DNA from: an uncultured bacterium
GTDB taxonomy: Bacteria; Cyanobacteriota; Cyanobacteriia; Cyanobacteriales; JASJDA01
DNA: 63,128 bases
NCBI GenBank assembly: GCA_964458305.1
Contig: CAYWIH010000008.1
Coordinates: 1-63,128, forward strand
Direction: 5' to 3'
Positions 38,898 through 49,733 of the stretch are shown here, piece by piece. The notes under the pieces were generated by a model. That model did not search any database, had not been told where the DNA came from, and saw only the letters and a program-made list of their open reading frames with translations. Every line of letters starts with the position of its first letter. The first letter of the stretch is position 1. The translations under genes were made by a program, and so were the position numbers.

Positions 38898-39995
38898 ATG
38901 GAAGAAGACAGGGCTTACTGGTTGGCGTGGTCGCAAATATCTGGAGTCGGGCCGGTTTCACTAAAAAAAATTGACAAACATTTTGGTAATTTAGCAAAAG
39001 CTTGGCAGACACCAGCAGAAAATTTAGCAGCAATTGCAGGATTTGGCAGCAAATTAATTAATAAAATAAAACAAGCTCGATCGCAAATTATACCCGAAAA
39101 ATTACTAAGAGAATATAGTCAAAAAAATCCCTATTTTTGGACGCCAGCCGATCGAGAATATCCGCGATTGTTATTAGAAATTCCCAGCCCTCCCCCAGTT
39201 TTACATTATCGCGGCCAAATTAAAGAAGAAGAAAATCAAGGAATCGTTCCTTTAATCGGCATCGTCGGTACTCGCAAACCCACAGAATACGGTCGTCGCT
39301 GGACGCAAAAAATCACTAAAACCCTTACTCAGCATGGTTTTGGCATAGTTTCCGGCTTGGCTGCGGGGATCGATGCAGTCAGCCACAATGCTTGTCTCGA
39401 AGCCAACGGTAGGACGATCGCGGTATTGGGTACGGGTACGGATCTTGTTTATCCTTACAGCAACCGCAAACTTTACGATCGAATCGGCAATTCTGGTTTA
39501 ATTTTAAGCGAATATCCGGCCGGCACGAAACCCGATCGGGGTCATTTTCCGGCAAGAAATCGGATTATAGCGGGGCTTTGTCGTGCTATTTTGGTTATGG
39601 AAGCACCAATTAAATCGGGGGCTTTAATTACGGCGCGTTTGGCTAACGATTTTGGTCGCGATGTTTACGTTTTACCCGGTTCGTTAGATAATCAACAATG
39701 TTTCGGCTGTTTGGAATTATTGAATCGAGGAGCTAATTTAATTTCAAGCGAAACCCGTTTGTTAGAAATGTTAGGAACTATACCCAAACTCGATCCGCAA
39801 CCAGTTGCTTCATCTGTTAATTTACAACCAGAATTAGCCGCAGTTTTACAAGTAATTACTCCTAGTTCCACTCCTTTGGATTTAATTGTCAAAGAAACGG
39901 GTTTGCATAGTAGCATTGTTGCCAATCGTTTGTTGGAATTAGAATTATTAGGTTTGATCTCTCAATTACCTGGAATGCGCTATCAAAGATGTTAG
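38898..39995 (+). CDS. dprA: DNA-processing protein DprA
   Basis: IVGTRKPTEYG, VSGLAAGID, FPARNRIIAGL, EAPIKSGALITA and a C-terminal winged helix. Confidence 0.95.
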   Translation: MEEDRAYWLAWSQISGVGPVSLKKIDKHFGNLAKAWQTPAENLAAIAGFGSKLINKIKQARSQIIPEKLLREYSQKNPYFWTPADREYPRLLLEIPSPPPVLHYRGQIKEEENQGIVPLIGIVGTRKPTEYGRRWTQKITKTLTQHGFGIVSGLAAGIDAVSHNACLEANGRTIAVLGTGTDLVYPYSNRKLYDRIGNSGLILSEYPAGTKPDRGHFPARNRIIAGLCRAILVMEAPIKSGALITARLANDFGRDVYVLPGSLDNQQCFGCLELLNRGANLISSETRLLEMLGTIPKLDPQPVASSVNLQPELAAVLQVITPSSTPLDLIVKETGLHSSIVANRLLELELLGLISQLPGMRYQRC

Positions 39996-40257
39996 TTATT
40001 GCGATCGAACTGTAATTAAAGATTTAGTTAAATTACGATCTTTTAATATTGAAGATTGGATTAATTATCGGATTTTTATTGGTTGTCGGCTCAGTAATAT
40101 TGTTTAATAGAATTTGATGCCGTATATTTTTTTTGTCCCGATCGAATTAAGCGGCAAAAATCCGTTAAATCTCCTAATAATTGAATCAATATAAACTATC
40201 TCCCGATCGACGGGAAATGCATTAAAAATAGTAAAGCTTAGCAATTAGAAAAGAACG

Positions 40258-40494
40258 ATGAAAGCAAAAATCAAAATAGCCATACTGGAAAAAGCCGCTA
40301 ATAAAATAGAAGCGATCGCCGCTCGGGTTTCGAAAACAAGCGATCGCAATACTATTAATTTAGAGGTAAACGAAGTAATCGCCGACTTAGAAACGGCGAT
40401 CTTAGAAATGAAAAATATTTACAAACAAAAACAATTAAGCAAAAAAGAAGATCGAGAAATAGAAAGATTAAAACCAGCTTCCAGCCAAATCTAA
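40258..40494 (+). CDS. Small hypothetical helical protein
   Basis: ATG ORF with plausible coiled-coil composition, convergent with the patatin gene. Confidence 0.5.
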   Translation: MKAKIKIAILEKAANKIEAIAARVSKTSDRNTINLEVNEVIADLETAILEMKNIYKQKQLSKKEDREIERLKPASSQI

Positions 40495-40504
40495 AAATAA
40501 GATT

Positions 40505-41692
40505 TTAAGGCTCTAAAAAACCATCAAAATCTGCTATTTCTACTTGTTCTTTAGCAACAGCCCGACCGATGGCAGATAAAGCATCAATTTGGTCGATACA
40601 ATCGAGTCCGGCTACTTTTTTGGGATCTATATAATCCAATCCTAATTCCTCAAAACGTTCTTTTGACAATTCGGTTGTATAGCGATGATAAGTGAGCAAA
40701 TTAAGTTCTTCATCGATTCCTTCTAGATCGAAAGAATTGGATTTTGCAGCGCATTTTTTTAGGGATTTAAGTTGTTTCATGCTGTAACTTGTTGGCAAAC
40801 AAGCCTTAATCATTTCGCGATCGACGCTTTGAGATTTGGGCATTTTACTAATAATTTTCATCAGTACGTTTTGCTGTACGTTAGCGTCTTCCATTAAAGT
40901 AGCGACTGCATAATTTGCCCAATTAATTAAGTTATATTCCCTTGCTTTTCCTGGTGGTTCGACTCCTTCTTGACTGAAACCAGTACCTACTGAAATTGTT
41001 AAAATTTTATCCGCTCCTGCTTCCCAGTCTATGCCATATTCTTGCAGAGTTGCTTCGATAAATAAGCGAAAAGAGGGATTATTAAACATACTCATTCCCC
41101 CATCAACAAAGTCGTAACTTTTACCGTCTACTTGAAAAGAACAAGGGGGAAAAAAAGTAGGTGCGGCCGAACTGGCTCTAACTATTTTCCAAAGGGGAAT
41201 CTTACTATTAATTTGGAAATTTTGATTCTGAGGATGGTTGATAAAAAACCAATCTGTTTGGGTGACTACGTTTTTAGTAACGATCATCAAAAATGTTTTA
41301 ATTTTATCCGATCCCAACAGAGTATTTTCGCCATAAACTTCTTTTAATTTCCGCTCCAAAGGGCCGGGATTGTATTTAGACCAAAACTTACCAAATAACC
41401 AATTGCGAGTAAACATTTCCTCGCCAAAATTGCGATAAAGATCGAGAATCGGTTGCACTTTCATCCCCGTAGCCAAAGCTGCAGCAATTAAAGCCCCAGT
41501 ACTGTTACCGCCAATAAAATCGAAATAATCGGCCAGGCAATTCCAACCCTTATTTTGGCTGCAAATTAACCTTTCTATTTCTAACAAAATCTCAGCAGCA
41601 ACTATGCCACGAATTCCACCCCCATCTAAAGAAAGCAAGCGTTTGGGGCGATCGCAAGGTAGATTGTTTTTAAACTCTGTTAAAGCATTCAT
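40505..41692 (-). CDS. Patatin-like phospholipase
   Basis: LSLDGGGIRG oxyanion loop, GNSTG nucleophile elbow, ASSAAPTFF and catalytic DGG. Confidence 0.92.
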   Translation of the reverse strand: MNALTEFKNNLPCDRPKRLLSLDGGGIRGIVAAEILLEIERLICSQNKGWNCLADYFDFIGGNSTGALIAAALATGMKVQPILDLYRNFGEEMFTRNWLFGKFWSKYNPGPLERKLKEVYGENTLLGSDKIKTFLMIVTKNVVTQTDWFFINHPQNQNFQINSKIPLWKIVRASSAAPTFFPPCSFQVDGKSYDFVDGGMSMFNNPSFRLFIEATLQEYGIDWEAGADKILTISVGTGFSQEGVEPPGKAREYNLINWANYAVATLMEDANVQQNVLMKIISKMPKSQSVDREMIKACLPTSYSMKQLKSLKKCAAKSNSFDLEGIDEELNLLTYHRYTTELSKERFEELGLDYIDPKKVAGLDCIDQIDALSAIGRAVAKEQVEIADFDGFLEP

Positions 41693-41695
41693 TGT

Positions 41696-44218
41696 TTAAG
41701 TGTCGATACTAGTAGCAATTTGTACTGGAGAAAGGTAAGGATAAGGAATTTTTCCCTGTTTTTCTAGTTCGCTATTGCGTCGCTCGATCTCCGTTGCAAT
41801 CAGGTTTAATTTAGCTATAAATACGGCGTGAACTCCGTGTAATTTTTCAGCTTCTGGGGCGGGTAAATTGCCGATCGGATGTAAAGAATGGGTCGAAAGT
41901 AAGCGAGAGAAAAAGGTTTGAAAATGTGCGTCTTTATAAGGTTGTAAAGCTTCCTTCAAGACATAATCTAAGCTGACATCTTCCGTACCTTCGGGAATGC
42001 CTTTATAAAGAACGTTGGGACGATTGGGGATGTAACCTAGATATTGATACTGAGAAAAATTGATCGCCGAATGTTGCGCGCTGGCAAGAAAAATAATATT
42101 AGTAAGAGTACCGATTAAAACTTCTTTGCTGGCGATATTTTTAGGAAAACCAGGAACAGATCCTTTTTCGGGATCGGCAGTTTCAGCGGCCCAATTTTGA
42201 ATCACACTATCTTCAGCTACAGCGCGATCGCGATTGTATTCGATCTCGACGACATTAGTAACATATTCTTTAATCGCATTCCAAATTTTAAACCCGTCAT
42301 CGCGAAAATAAAAATCTTCAACACCATCCGAACCTGCTTCGTCAAACCCCCGGGTTTTTAATTGTTCGGGAAAACTCATTTTCTCAAAATCCCAATTTTC
42401 CCAGAGTTTGAGAATCAATTCTAATCCTCCACCAGTTCCAGTAGCGAAGTTAGGATCGGTAAAAGGTGCGACTGGAGAAATTAAAGTTTGACGGGCTAAA
42501 TAATTAATTCCCAGACTTCCTTTAAAATGAGGTGCGAGTATTTGTCCGATCGCGTGAGTTTTGGGAAATGAGTTGTGATGGCTGATGACAAAAGGTTCGA
42601 TAACCAAATGAGTTAAGGCTAAATGATAGACAAACTGATGGTATTGACAGTCAGCACATTGAACGTGCATTTTGGCGAGAATATATTTATTCGCTGGGGA
42701 ATTTTTAGTATAAATTTGGTTAGGATTGAGTCGGATGCCGAGTAAATTGAGTTGAGATTTACCATTTTCGAGCAATTCTCGATATATCAACACGTATGGC
42801 TCGTAAAATACCTTATTTTGTAGTTCTTTAATCCCTTTTAACTCTTGATAATCGAGATAAAATAAGCGTTTGGCGGCAATTAATCGATCGATCGATTCTC
42901 CTTGAGGTGTAGTTAAACCAGCTAAGTCTTCAGGAATGTCTTTTTTATCTTGACAAACTGAGATCCGCATCGGGTTGACACCTTGAATGAATTGACGACA
43001 AAATTCCGCATCTTCTCGCCAAATTTCGGGAATTTTAACCGGAGGTTTCACCCAAGGATCGCTGTAATAAGCCGTCCAAGGATCGCCTTTTGCTGCTAAA
43101 ATCTCTTCTAGTCGAAAGAAAAATCCGGCTTGAGAGTAGACATATTCGATAGTTCTTTGCAATAATGATGCTGCTTGTTCAGGTGGTATTTGTTGTCCGG
43201 GGGGAAGACCTTTAACCATCGGCGGTAATTTTTCTAAAGGCAGATCTGGCTTGTGTTTGAGACGGGGATATTTTTCATATTCGTATTTTTGCTCTACTCC
43301 ACCGGGTACTTGTTCTACTACTGTCATCACTTGTTTTTTGGTATATAGTAGAAGCTTTTCGAGGAAATCGAATTTTCGTTCCATTTCCATCTCTTCAGTC
43401 GGAGGTAGCCTATTTTCCCCAGAATCTAAACTTAACAATAAAGAAACAACTATTTCCCCAGAATTACCCGAATCTAAACTTAAAGTCTTACGAGTTAGTT
43501 TACCTGCGACGATCTCGCGAAGTTCGATCTCCGTACTACCGATGAGATCGTCTCGACCGAAATTAGCATCCCAAATACTAAAATAGAGTTTTTCGTTACT
43601 CTCAATTAGATCGAAAGAGAATTTTTCTTGCCAAATTGGTTGACGGGTGCGATAAATGACTGGAGACTCTTGAGGTTCGCCATTATCTAAAATTACGATC
43701 GCATAAGGATCGAGAAAGAGTTGGCTGGTTTTTAGCAAATCTATCCCTTGAATTAAGGTTACTTCTAATTTACCGATCGTCGGATTGAAATAAGTATCGA
43801 GGGATTTGATTGCTGTTTGATATGTTGCTTGTTGAATTTTAGCAACTTTTTTAGCCCCAGTGCGATCGACATCGTTTTCGCAATACCAACGCACGATCGT
43901 TTCATTTTCGTCCTTAGCGGACATTTGAACCGTTAAAGAACTCTTTTTTAAAGAACTAATTAGGGGTTCGAGGGGTACTGAGGAGTATTTTAAAATATAA
44001 TTTTCGTCGTCTCGTAATTCGAGGGTATGTTCGTATTCTCTCCCTTGAATTTTACACGATCGCACCGCCCCTACTTCATCTTTTCCGGGGGGGTTGAGGG
44101 TCAAAGATTCGTAAATATGCCACCATTTTAGGGTTTCGGGGCCGAAAGGTCGAAAAACTTGCCAAACTTGGTTAATAGGTGCGCGTACAATTCCGGTTAT
44201 ATTTGCGCCAGGAATCAT
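41696..44218 (-). CDS. Lipoxygenase with N-terminal SRPBCC/START and C2 domains
   Basis: SRPBCC: IVRAPINQVWQVFRPF...VGAVR. C2: LEVTLIQGIDL...DPYA...PIWQEKFSF...IWDANFGRDDLIG. LOX: WREDAEFCRQFIQGVNP, HQFVYHLALTH, INYLARQTLI, FRDDG, AQHSAINFSQY and C-terminal TSIDT. Confidence 0.9.
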   Translation of the reverse strand: MIPGANITGIVRAPINQVWQVFRPFGPETLKWWHIYESLTLNPPGKDEVGAVRSCKIQGREYEHTLELRDDENYILKYSSVPLEPLISSLKKSSLTVQMSAKDENETIVRWYCENDVDRTGAKKVAKIQQATYQTAIKSLDTYFNPTIGKLEVTLIQGIDLLKTSQLFLDPYAIVILDNGEPQESPVIYRTRQPIWQEKFSFDLIESNEKLYFSIWDANFGRDDLIGSTEIELREIVAGKLTRKTLSLDSGNSGEIVVSLLLSLDSGENRLPPTEEMEMERKFDFLEKLLLYTKKQVMTVVEQVPGGVEQKYEYEKYPRLKHKPDLPLEKLPPMVKGLPPGQQIPPEQAASLLQRTIEYVYSQAGFFFRLEEILAAKGDPWTAYYSDPWVKPPVKIPEIWREDAEFCRQFIQGVNPMRISVCQDKKDIPEDLAGLTTPQGESIDRLIAAKRLFYLDYQELKGIKELQNKVFYEPYVLIYRELLENGKSQLNLLGIRLNPNQIYTKNSPANKYILAKMHVQCADCQYHQFVYHLALTHLVIEPFVISHHNSFPKTHAIGQILAPHFKGSLGINYLARQTLISPVAPFTDPNFATGTGGGLELILKLWENWDFEKMSFPEQLKTRGFDEAGSDGVEDFYFRDDGFKIWNAIKEYVTNVVEIEYNRDRAVAEDSVIQNWAAETADPEKGSVPGFPKNIASKEVLIGTLTNIIFLASAQHSAINFSQYQYLGYIPNRPNVLYKGIPEGTEDVSLDYVLKEALQPYKDAHFQTFFSRLLSTHSLHPIGNLPAPEAEKLHGVHAVFIAKLNLIATEIERRNSELEKQGKIPYPYLSPVQIATSIDT

Positions 44219-44333
44219 CTTCTACCCTCCAAAGTAATAGAGTTTGTCTGTTCACTACTACTATTACTATTCGGATAGTTTGGTTATTTTTTCACAAGTT
44301 TGGCGAGTTTAGCAATAATTCTTTACAAGATTG

Positions 44334-45443
44334 TTAAATTGTCGATACTCCTCCTGCAACTGGAGAAGTTCCCATTAATTTCAACCAACGATAATTAGAA
44401 GCAAATGCCGAGGCAAAACTGGGATAAACTTGGTAATTAACTCCAAATTCTCGAGCAACTTCAGCAACGATCGGGGAGATATTACGATAGTGAATGTGAC
44501 AGATATTAGGGAAAAGATGGTGAACGGCTTGATAGTTTAAACCGCCGACGTACCAATTTAAAATTGGATTGTGGGGAGCAAAATCTGCGGTAGTTTTGAG
44601 TTGGAAAACGGCCCATTCATCGTCAATACTGTTGGATTTTGGATCTGGTTGGGGAAATTCTAAGCCTTCTAAAACATGGGCTAACATGAAGATTTCACAA
44701 GCTACTAAACCGTAACTCATATAGGCGATCGACAAACCAATAAATATTTGTAGCGGCCCGTATCCTACTAATAAAGGGATGCCGACAAAAAAGCCCAGAC
44801 CTAACAATCTCATTCCCCAAAAAGCAATTAAATCGGAGACTTTCAATTTTGGTATTTTATTACCGAGTAAATCGCCGCCAACAACAACGAATCTCAATTC
44901 GTTTAAATACCAGTAAAAAGGAATAATTAAATAGATAAACCAAATAAATAAATGTTGGAAACGCTGATGGGGTTTATAAATATTATTCGGCGACATTCTC
45001 ACCAAGCCATCGCCGTGAATTTCTGCATCGTAATCTTTTAAATTAGTATAATTATGGTGCAAAACATTGTGGCGGAATCTCCAGTGAAAATTAGATACGC
45101 CAATAAAATCGTAACTCAAGCCGATCGCTTTATTAACGGTAGAATTGTATGAATAAGCCCCGTGATTGGCATCGTGTCCTACACTCATACCACAACCAGC
45201 TATTCCTAACCCTAAAACAACGCAACCTAATGCTTTTACCCACATTGGTGAGGGTACGAAAATAACAAAAGCCCAAGAACTCAAAATCCAGCTAAATATA
45301 ATTACTGTTTTGAAATACATTGCTGGATTATCTTTTTGTTTAATATTATTCTTAGTAAAGTATTCCTCTACTCGACGATTTAATTCTTTTCTAAAGCCGA
45401 TATTTTTAGAAAAAGTTACTCTTGGTTTTTGGTTCGTTTCCAT
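44334..45443 (-). CDS. desD: Membrane fatty acid desaturase, delta-6 (DesD) type
   Basis: His boxes HDANH, HNVLHH and QAVHHLFP; GFRKELNRRVEEYF...DNPAMYFKT and EIHGDGLVRMSP closely resemble cyanobacterial DesD. Confidence 0.85.
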   Translation of the reverse strand: METNQKPRVTFSKNIGFRKELNRRVEEYFTKNNIKQKDNPAMYFKTVIIFSWILSSWAFVIFVPSPMWVKALGCVVLGLGIAGCGMSVGHDANHGAYSYNSTVNKAIGLSYDFIGVSNFHWRFRHNVLHHNYTNLKDYDAEIHGDGLVRMSPNNIYKPHQRFQHLFIWFIYLIIPFYWYLNELRFVVVGGDLLGNKIPKLKVSDLIAFWGMRLLGLGFFVGIPLLVGYGPLQIFIGLSIAYMSYGLVACEIFMLAHVLEGLEFPQPDPKSNSIDDEWAVFQLKTTADFAPHNPILNWYVGGLNYQAVHHLFPNICHIHYRNISPIVAEVAREFGVNYQVYPSFASAFASNYRWLKLMGTSPVAGGVSTI

Positions 45444-45773
45444 CAGCAATTCTTTGGTTTAATAATAGAGAAAAAACAGCAGCACAAACTAGAATACTAA
45501 CATTAACCTAGCGATCGATTAGTGTTAATAATTCAGCCAACAAATGTATTGCCAACGACAGATAAAAATTGGCTATTTTCAGCTTTTAGCTTTAATTTTG
45601 CAAACAAATATTAGTATTACACGAAGAAGTAATTTAGTAAAGCAATACCGCTTCGCTACAAGGGAGAATTTTTTTTTAGTAAAGATTTTTCTAAGTTTAA
45701 AATTAATTAATTTAATTTGAAATTGCTAGAACGAATTTAATATTGTTCGATCGCTCCTTCCCATAGCCCGATC

Positions 45774-47750
45774 TTATGTTTCAATTTCGAATTCTTCAGG
45801 ATCGATTCCCCAATTAACCCATTTTATAGCTTCTCTTGCGGAATTTAAATTGGGTGGTACTCGCAAAGCATGAATTTTGTCGGTACTGGGGCAGGTCATT
45901 TGTAGCAGATAAACGGCTTCAGAGTCTATATTTGAATCAATTCTTAATAATTCATATTCTCGCCAGGTATTGATTACTACTGCTTGCAATTCTTGGCAAA
46001 TTTTGTCGTAGCCGATACCTTGAATTAATGCTCGTTTTAATTCGGCATTAGTTTCGGATAATAGCCATTCGCTTTGCCATTTTGTTGGGTGAATTGTACC
46101 ATATTTTTCGGGTAACAAGACCCCCCGATAAGCATATATTGAAAAACCATCCCTATATTCAATAGCTGGAGATCCTTCTGAGTGTAATTGATTTTGAGAA
46201 TTAAAGGATAATTTACGAGGTCGATCGCCAATTAAACATACTTTTGGTAAACCGAATATATCTTCGCAATTTTCTCTTAATTCTAAATAAGCTTTACCCA
46301 AAGGATCGATTTTATATTTAAGTTCGGAAATACAAAAATCTGTAAAACTGAGATAGGGATCGTAGTGATTTCTATTCATCCACAAATAATCTTGAAAAAG
46401 ATTATACTTTCGATCGATTAAATCTCTTGTTTTTGAATATATTGCATGAGATTGAGCGCGATTTTTTCCCTCGACTTGTTCGTCTATTTGATTTGGTGCG
46501 TTACAAAATTTATATAGTTTTTCAATGAGGGACTCATCTAATCGATCGTGCCAATGAGAAGGAATATATTTTCCTTTGGATGTTACCCATTTATTTTGCG
46601 ACCAATCGCTATTTTTAGCTAATATTTGGTATTTTTCAGAAGGGCTAGAATGGAAAATAATTTCCGGTTCTGCTTCTCCTAATATTTTATAAATAGTTTT
46701 TACAGTTTCGGCTGCTTTTTTTCTATCTATAGGTTCGGTAGAAAAAATAATTTCACGCCATTTTTCTCGATAAATAGTAGTTAAAGTTTGTTTCTCTGGA
46801 GGGACTTTATTAATAAACGCTTTTAACTCAATATTCGTATCCGATGGAATATCATAAAAAGTATATTTTTGTAATTGTTCGATTTGTTCGTCTGTTAATT
46901 CTCGATAGATTTTTTTAGACCCAATTCCTTTAATTAATGTTTGCTTTAATTTCCGATTTGGTTCGTTTAATAACCAATTCGTTTGCCAATCTTTATAAGG
47001 CAATTTTCTGTATTTTTCTGGCAACCAAACACCTCGATCGGCATAAGCAGAAAAACCATCATTATATTCTATCGCTGGTGTTGCTTCAGCGTGTAAATTA
47101 CCTTTATTATCGAATAAAAGTTTCTTAGGGCGATCGCAAATTAAACAGACTTCTCGAAAAGCAAAAACTGTTCCGCAATGTTTATGTATTTCTACGGTAA
47201 ATTGTTTGAAAAAATTATCTTCTATATTTAATTCGGAAAAACAAAAATCGTACCAAGCGCAATATGAAAGTAAACTATCATGGTTCAAAGCGTCATCAAA
47301 TATTTTAATATAAGGGTCGTAATTTAAGGGTTCGATTTCTTTTAAAAATTTATCTTTTATCTCTTGATATAATACTTCCCATATTTCGCGAACTAAGTTG
47401 TCTAATTTACTATCGTAAATATGTAATTGAATATCGAGTCCAATTATTTCTTCTGATTTTATAGAATAGATTCTTCTTTTTACGGAATTAATCTCCTTGA
47501 CAATTTTAGATTTAAATTCACTGCTATTTTTTTTATAGTTCTCAAGATTTTGATTTAAATCTTTTGCCAAACCATAAGGACTATCAAAAAAGAGTATTTT
47601 GGGTTTGGGAAACTCAACTAATTCGTAGAAATTTTCAATAACTTCTCTTGCTTTTCCTCGGTTACGAGGTGCGGTATAAAAGATAATATTGCGCCACTTT
47701 TCTCGATAAAAAGTAATAGATTCTTTTTGTGCTTCAGTTAATTGAATCAT
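45774..47750 (-). CDS. Hypothetical protein with a tandemly duplicated DUF6745-like domain
   Basis: YREKWR...DRP..L...LH.E..PAIEY.DGFS.YA.RGV.LPEKY occurs twice; C-terminal MTCPST...HALRVPP. Confidence 0.75.
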   Translation of the reverse strand: MIQLTEAQKESITFYREKWRNIIFYTAPRNRGKAREVIENFYELVEFPKPKILFFDSPYGLAKDLNQNLENYKKNSSEFKSKIVKEINSVKRRIYSIKSEEIIGLDIQLHIYDSKLDNLVREIWEVLYQEIKDKFLKEIEPLNYDPYIKIFDDALNHDSLLSYCAWYDFCFSELNIEDNFFKQFTVEIHKHCGTVFAFREVCLICDRPKKLLFDNKGNLHAEATPAIEYNDGFSAYADRGVWLPEKYRKLPYKDWQTNWLLNEPNRKLKQTLIKGIGSKKIYRELTDEQIEQLQKYTFYDIPSDTNIELKAFINKVPPEKQTLTTIYREKWREIIFSTEPIDRKKAAETVKTIYKILGEAEPEIIFHSSPSEKYQILAKNSDWSQNKWVTSKGKYIPSHWHDRLDESLIEKLYKFCNAPNQIDEQVEGKNRAQSHAIYSKTRDLIDRKYNLFQDYLWMNRNHYDPYLSFTDFCISELKYKIDPLGKAYLELRENCEDIFGLPKVCLIGDRPRKLSFNSQNQLHSEGSPAIEYRDGFSIYAYRGVLLPEKYGTIHPTKWQSEWLLSETNAELKRALIQGIGYDKICQELQAVVINTWREYELLRIDSNIDSEAVYLLQMTCPSTDKIHALRVPPNLNSAREAIKWVNWGIDPEEFEIET

Positions 47751-48982
47751 CTAAATATAAATAATACAACTTGAAGACAACCAACCAAAAAGCCCAAAAT
47801 TCCACCCAAATTTACTATAGCTTGTAACTCGCTTTTAACAATTCCTTGAATTGAAGCTTCTAAATCTCTTGGAGAAGTAGAATTAACGCGATCGATAATT
47901 ACTTGGTCGATCGATAAAATGGGAATAACTTTAGCCACAATTATTTCTAAATCCTTTTCTAAATAACGTTCGAAAACTAAAGCTAGTTCTTGGCTAATTA
48001 CTTCTAAAGAATCTAATAAAGTTTCTGAAGATTGTAAGCGATTAACTAACAATACCGCTATTTTATTCCAGTCGATCGACTTACCTAATTCTTGAATTAA
48101 ATTCGGCCCTTGTTCTTGAAGGTAACTCCTAACAGTATCCCTTGTTGTTTTGCGTAATTGACGAACTGTAGAAACAGGTAAATTCTGTAAAGAAAGACTT
48201 TGCAACCAGATTCTTAAGCGATTGCGGACTTCTAATGATAGAATTAATTCTTGAAGTCTAGAATTGGCTACCTCCTTCTCATCCAAACAAAAAGATCGCA
48301 AACGAACCAAACTATTACGCAAACCCAAGACATTAGCTACTACCCAAACAGTACCGCTCGATTTTTCGCGAAAAATTTCGTCTAAAATTTGAATGTTGCG
48401 ATCGGTGAGAAAATCGATAACGATCTGTCGGATCGAGTCTGCTGGTAAAACTACTTGTAAAAACCAATCAGATAATTGTCTTGCTTGAGAGTCATTGAGT
48501 TGAAAATCTAATAAAACGCGATCGAAAATGCGATCGATTTGTTCTTCTAAAAAATCTTCGCGACGAGCCAGTACTTTAATCAAACGAGGTAAAGACTTAT
48601 CAAAAAGATCTTTGAGAACGCTGGCTATTATTTTAGCGGTTTTTTCCTCTTTATCTTGTTTGAGTTGTTCGATCGCCAAATTTAACAGCCACAGGATAGC
48701 AGCTTCAACTCTTTCGGTTGCTAGGAGTCTTCTGGCTAAATTTTGTAATTCAGCTGGGGTAAGCAACGATCCCATAATTGTATCGGAAACTCGCTTGGCC
48801 AGTCTTTCTTGGTTGCGAGGAATTAAACCAGGAGTGAAGGGTAAACGTCTTTTACCCACCATTATCGGTTGATAGGGACGAAAAAGCATTTTAATGGCTA
48901 TATCGTTAGTAAAATAGCCAATAATAGTCCCAGCTACGGGAGGAATAATGAAGGTTAGTAGGTTAGACCAATTCAAAGCCAC
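47747..48982 (-). CDS. DUF445 family membrane protein
   Basis: [24 protein letters not shown] and [13 protein letters not shown]. Confidence 0.9.
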   Translation of the reverse strand: MALNWSNLLTFIIPPVAGTIIGYFTNDIAIKMLFRPYQPIMVGKRRLPFTPGLIPRNQERLAKRVSDTIMGSLLTPAELQNLARRLLATERVEAAILWLLNLAIEQLKQDKEEKTAKIIASVLKDLFDKSLPRLIKVLARREDFLEEQIDRIFDRVLLDFQLNDSQARQLSDWFLQVVLPADSIRQIVIDFLTDRNIQILDEIFREKSSGTVWVVANVLGLRNSLVRLRSFCLDEKEVANSRLQELILSLEVRNRLRIWLQSLSLQNLPVSTVRQLRKTTRDTVRSYLQEQGPNLIQELGKSIDWNKIAVLLVNRLQSSETLLDSLEVISQELALVFERYLEKDLEIIVAKVIPILSIDQVIIDRVNSTSPRDLEASIQGIVKSELQAIVNLGGILGFLVGCLQVVLFIFR

Positions 48983-49031
48983 AATCTAACAAATAAATCA
49001 ACGTATAGATCGGGTGACAAATGTCACTATC

Positions 49032-49733
49032 TTACTTGTTTAACACTAAAACACCCATCATACCATTAGCGATCGGATAATGAACTGCTTTAGTAAAACC
49101 AGCATTTTTACCTAGCTTAATTTGCTCTTCTCCAGTCGGAAAGCGATCCAAACTGGGGCTAATATAAGCATATTCTTCAGTTAAACCTAAATTTCGCGCC
49201 ATCGGCACGACTATGTTATCTAAATACCACTGCTGAAAATTATTTATTATCCCATTATTAGGACGATGAAAGTCGAGAATAGCGGCTTTTTTACCTGGTT
49301 TGAGAACCCGATACACTTCCCGAAGACATTGAGATATATTAACTACATTACGCAAGCCGTAGCCCATGGTAATACAATCAAAATAGTTGTCATCGAATGG
49401 TAAATTGAGAGCATCTCCTTCGATCCAGTCGATCGCATAGCGGAAATTGCGATTTTTGGCGATCGCCAGTTGTTCTTTAGAAAAATCAAGTCCGATCGCT
49501 TTACCTTCTTTACCGACATTTTTCGCTAATAATACAGTTAAATCGCCACTTCCGCAGCATATATCTAAAACTTTAGCTCCTAATTTCGGTTCTGCCCATT
49601 TTACAGCCATTAGCTTCCAAATACGATGCTGGCCCAAACTTAAACTATCGTTCAAGCGATCGTAAACTGGTGCGATGCGATCGAAGATTTCTTTTATTTC
49701 CGCCGAACTTGGGGATACTTCTGTACTATTCAC
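49032..49733 (-). CDS. menG: Demethylmenaquinone/demethylphylloquinone methyltransferase (UbiE/MenG)
   Basis: FDRIAPVYDRLND, LDICCGSGD, GYGLRNV and RVLKPG; probable GTG start at 49733. Confidence 0.88.
   Translation of the reverse strand: MNSTEVSPSSAEIKEIFDRIAPVYDRLNDSLSLGQHRIWKLMAVKWAEPKLGAKVLDICCGSGDLTVLLAKNVGKEGKAIGLDFSKEQLAIAKNRNFRYAIDWIEGDALNLPFDDNYFDCITMGYGLRNVVNISQCLREVYRVLKPGKKAAILDFHRPNNGIINNFQQWYLDNIVVPMARNLGLTEEYAYISPSLDRFPTGEEQIKLGKNAGFTKAVHYPIANGMMGVLVLNK

Noticed and set aside
40505-41692. Patatin as a CBASS CapV effector
   Set aside because: No CD-NTase or Cap2/Cap3 gene is nearby; the tightly coupled neighbour is a lipoxygenase.
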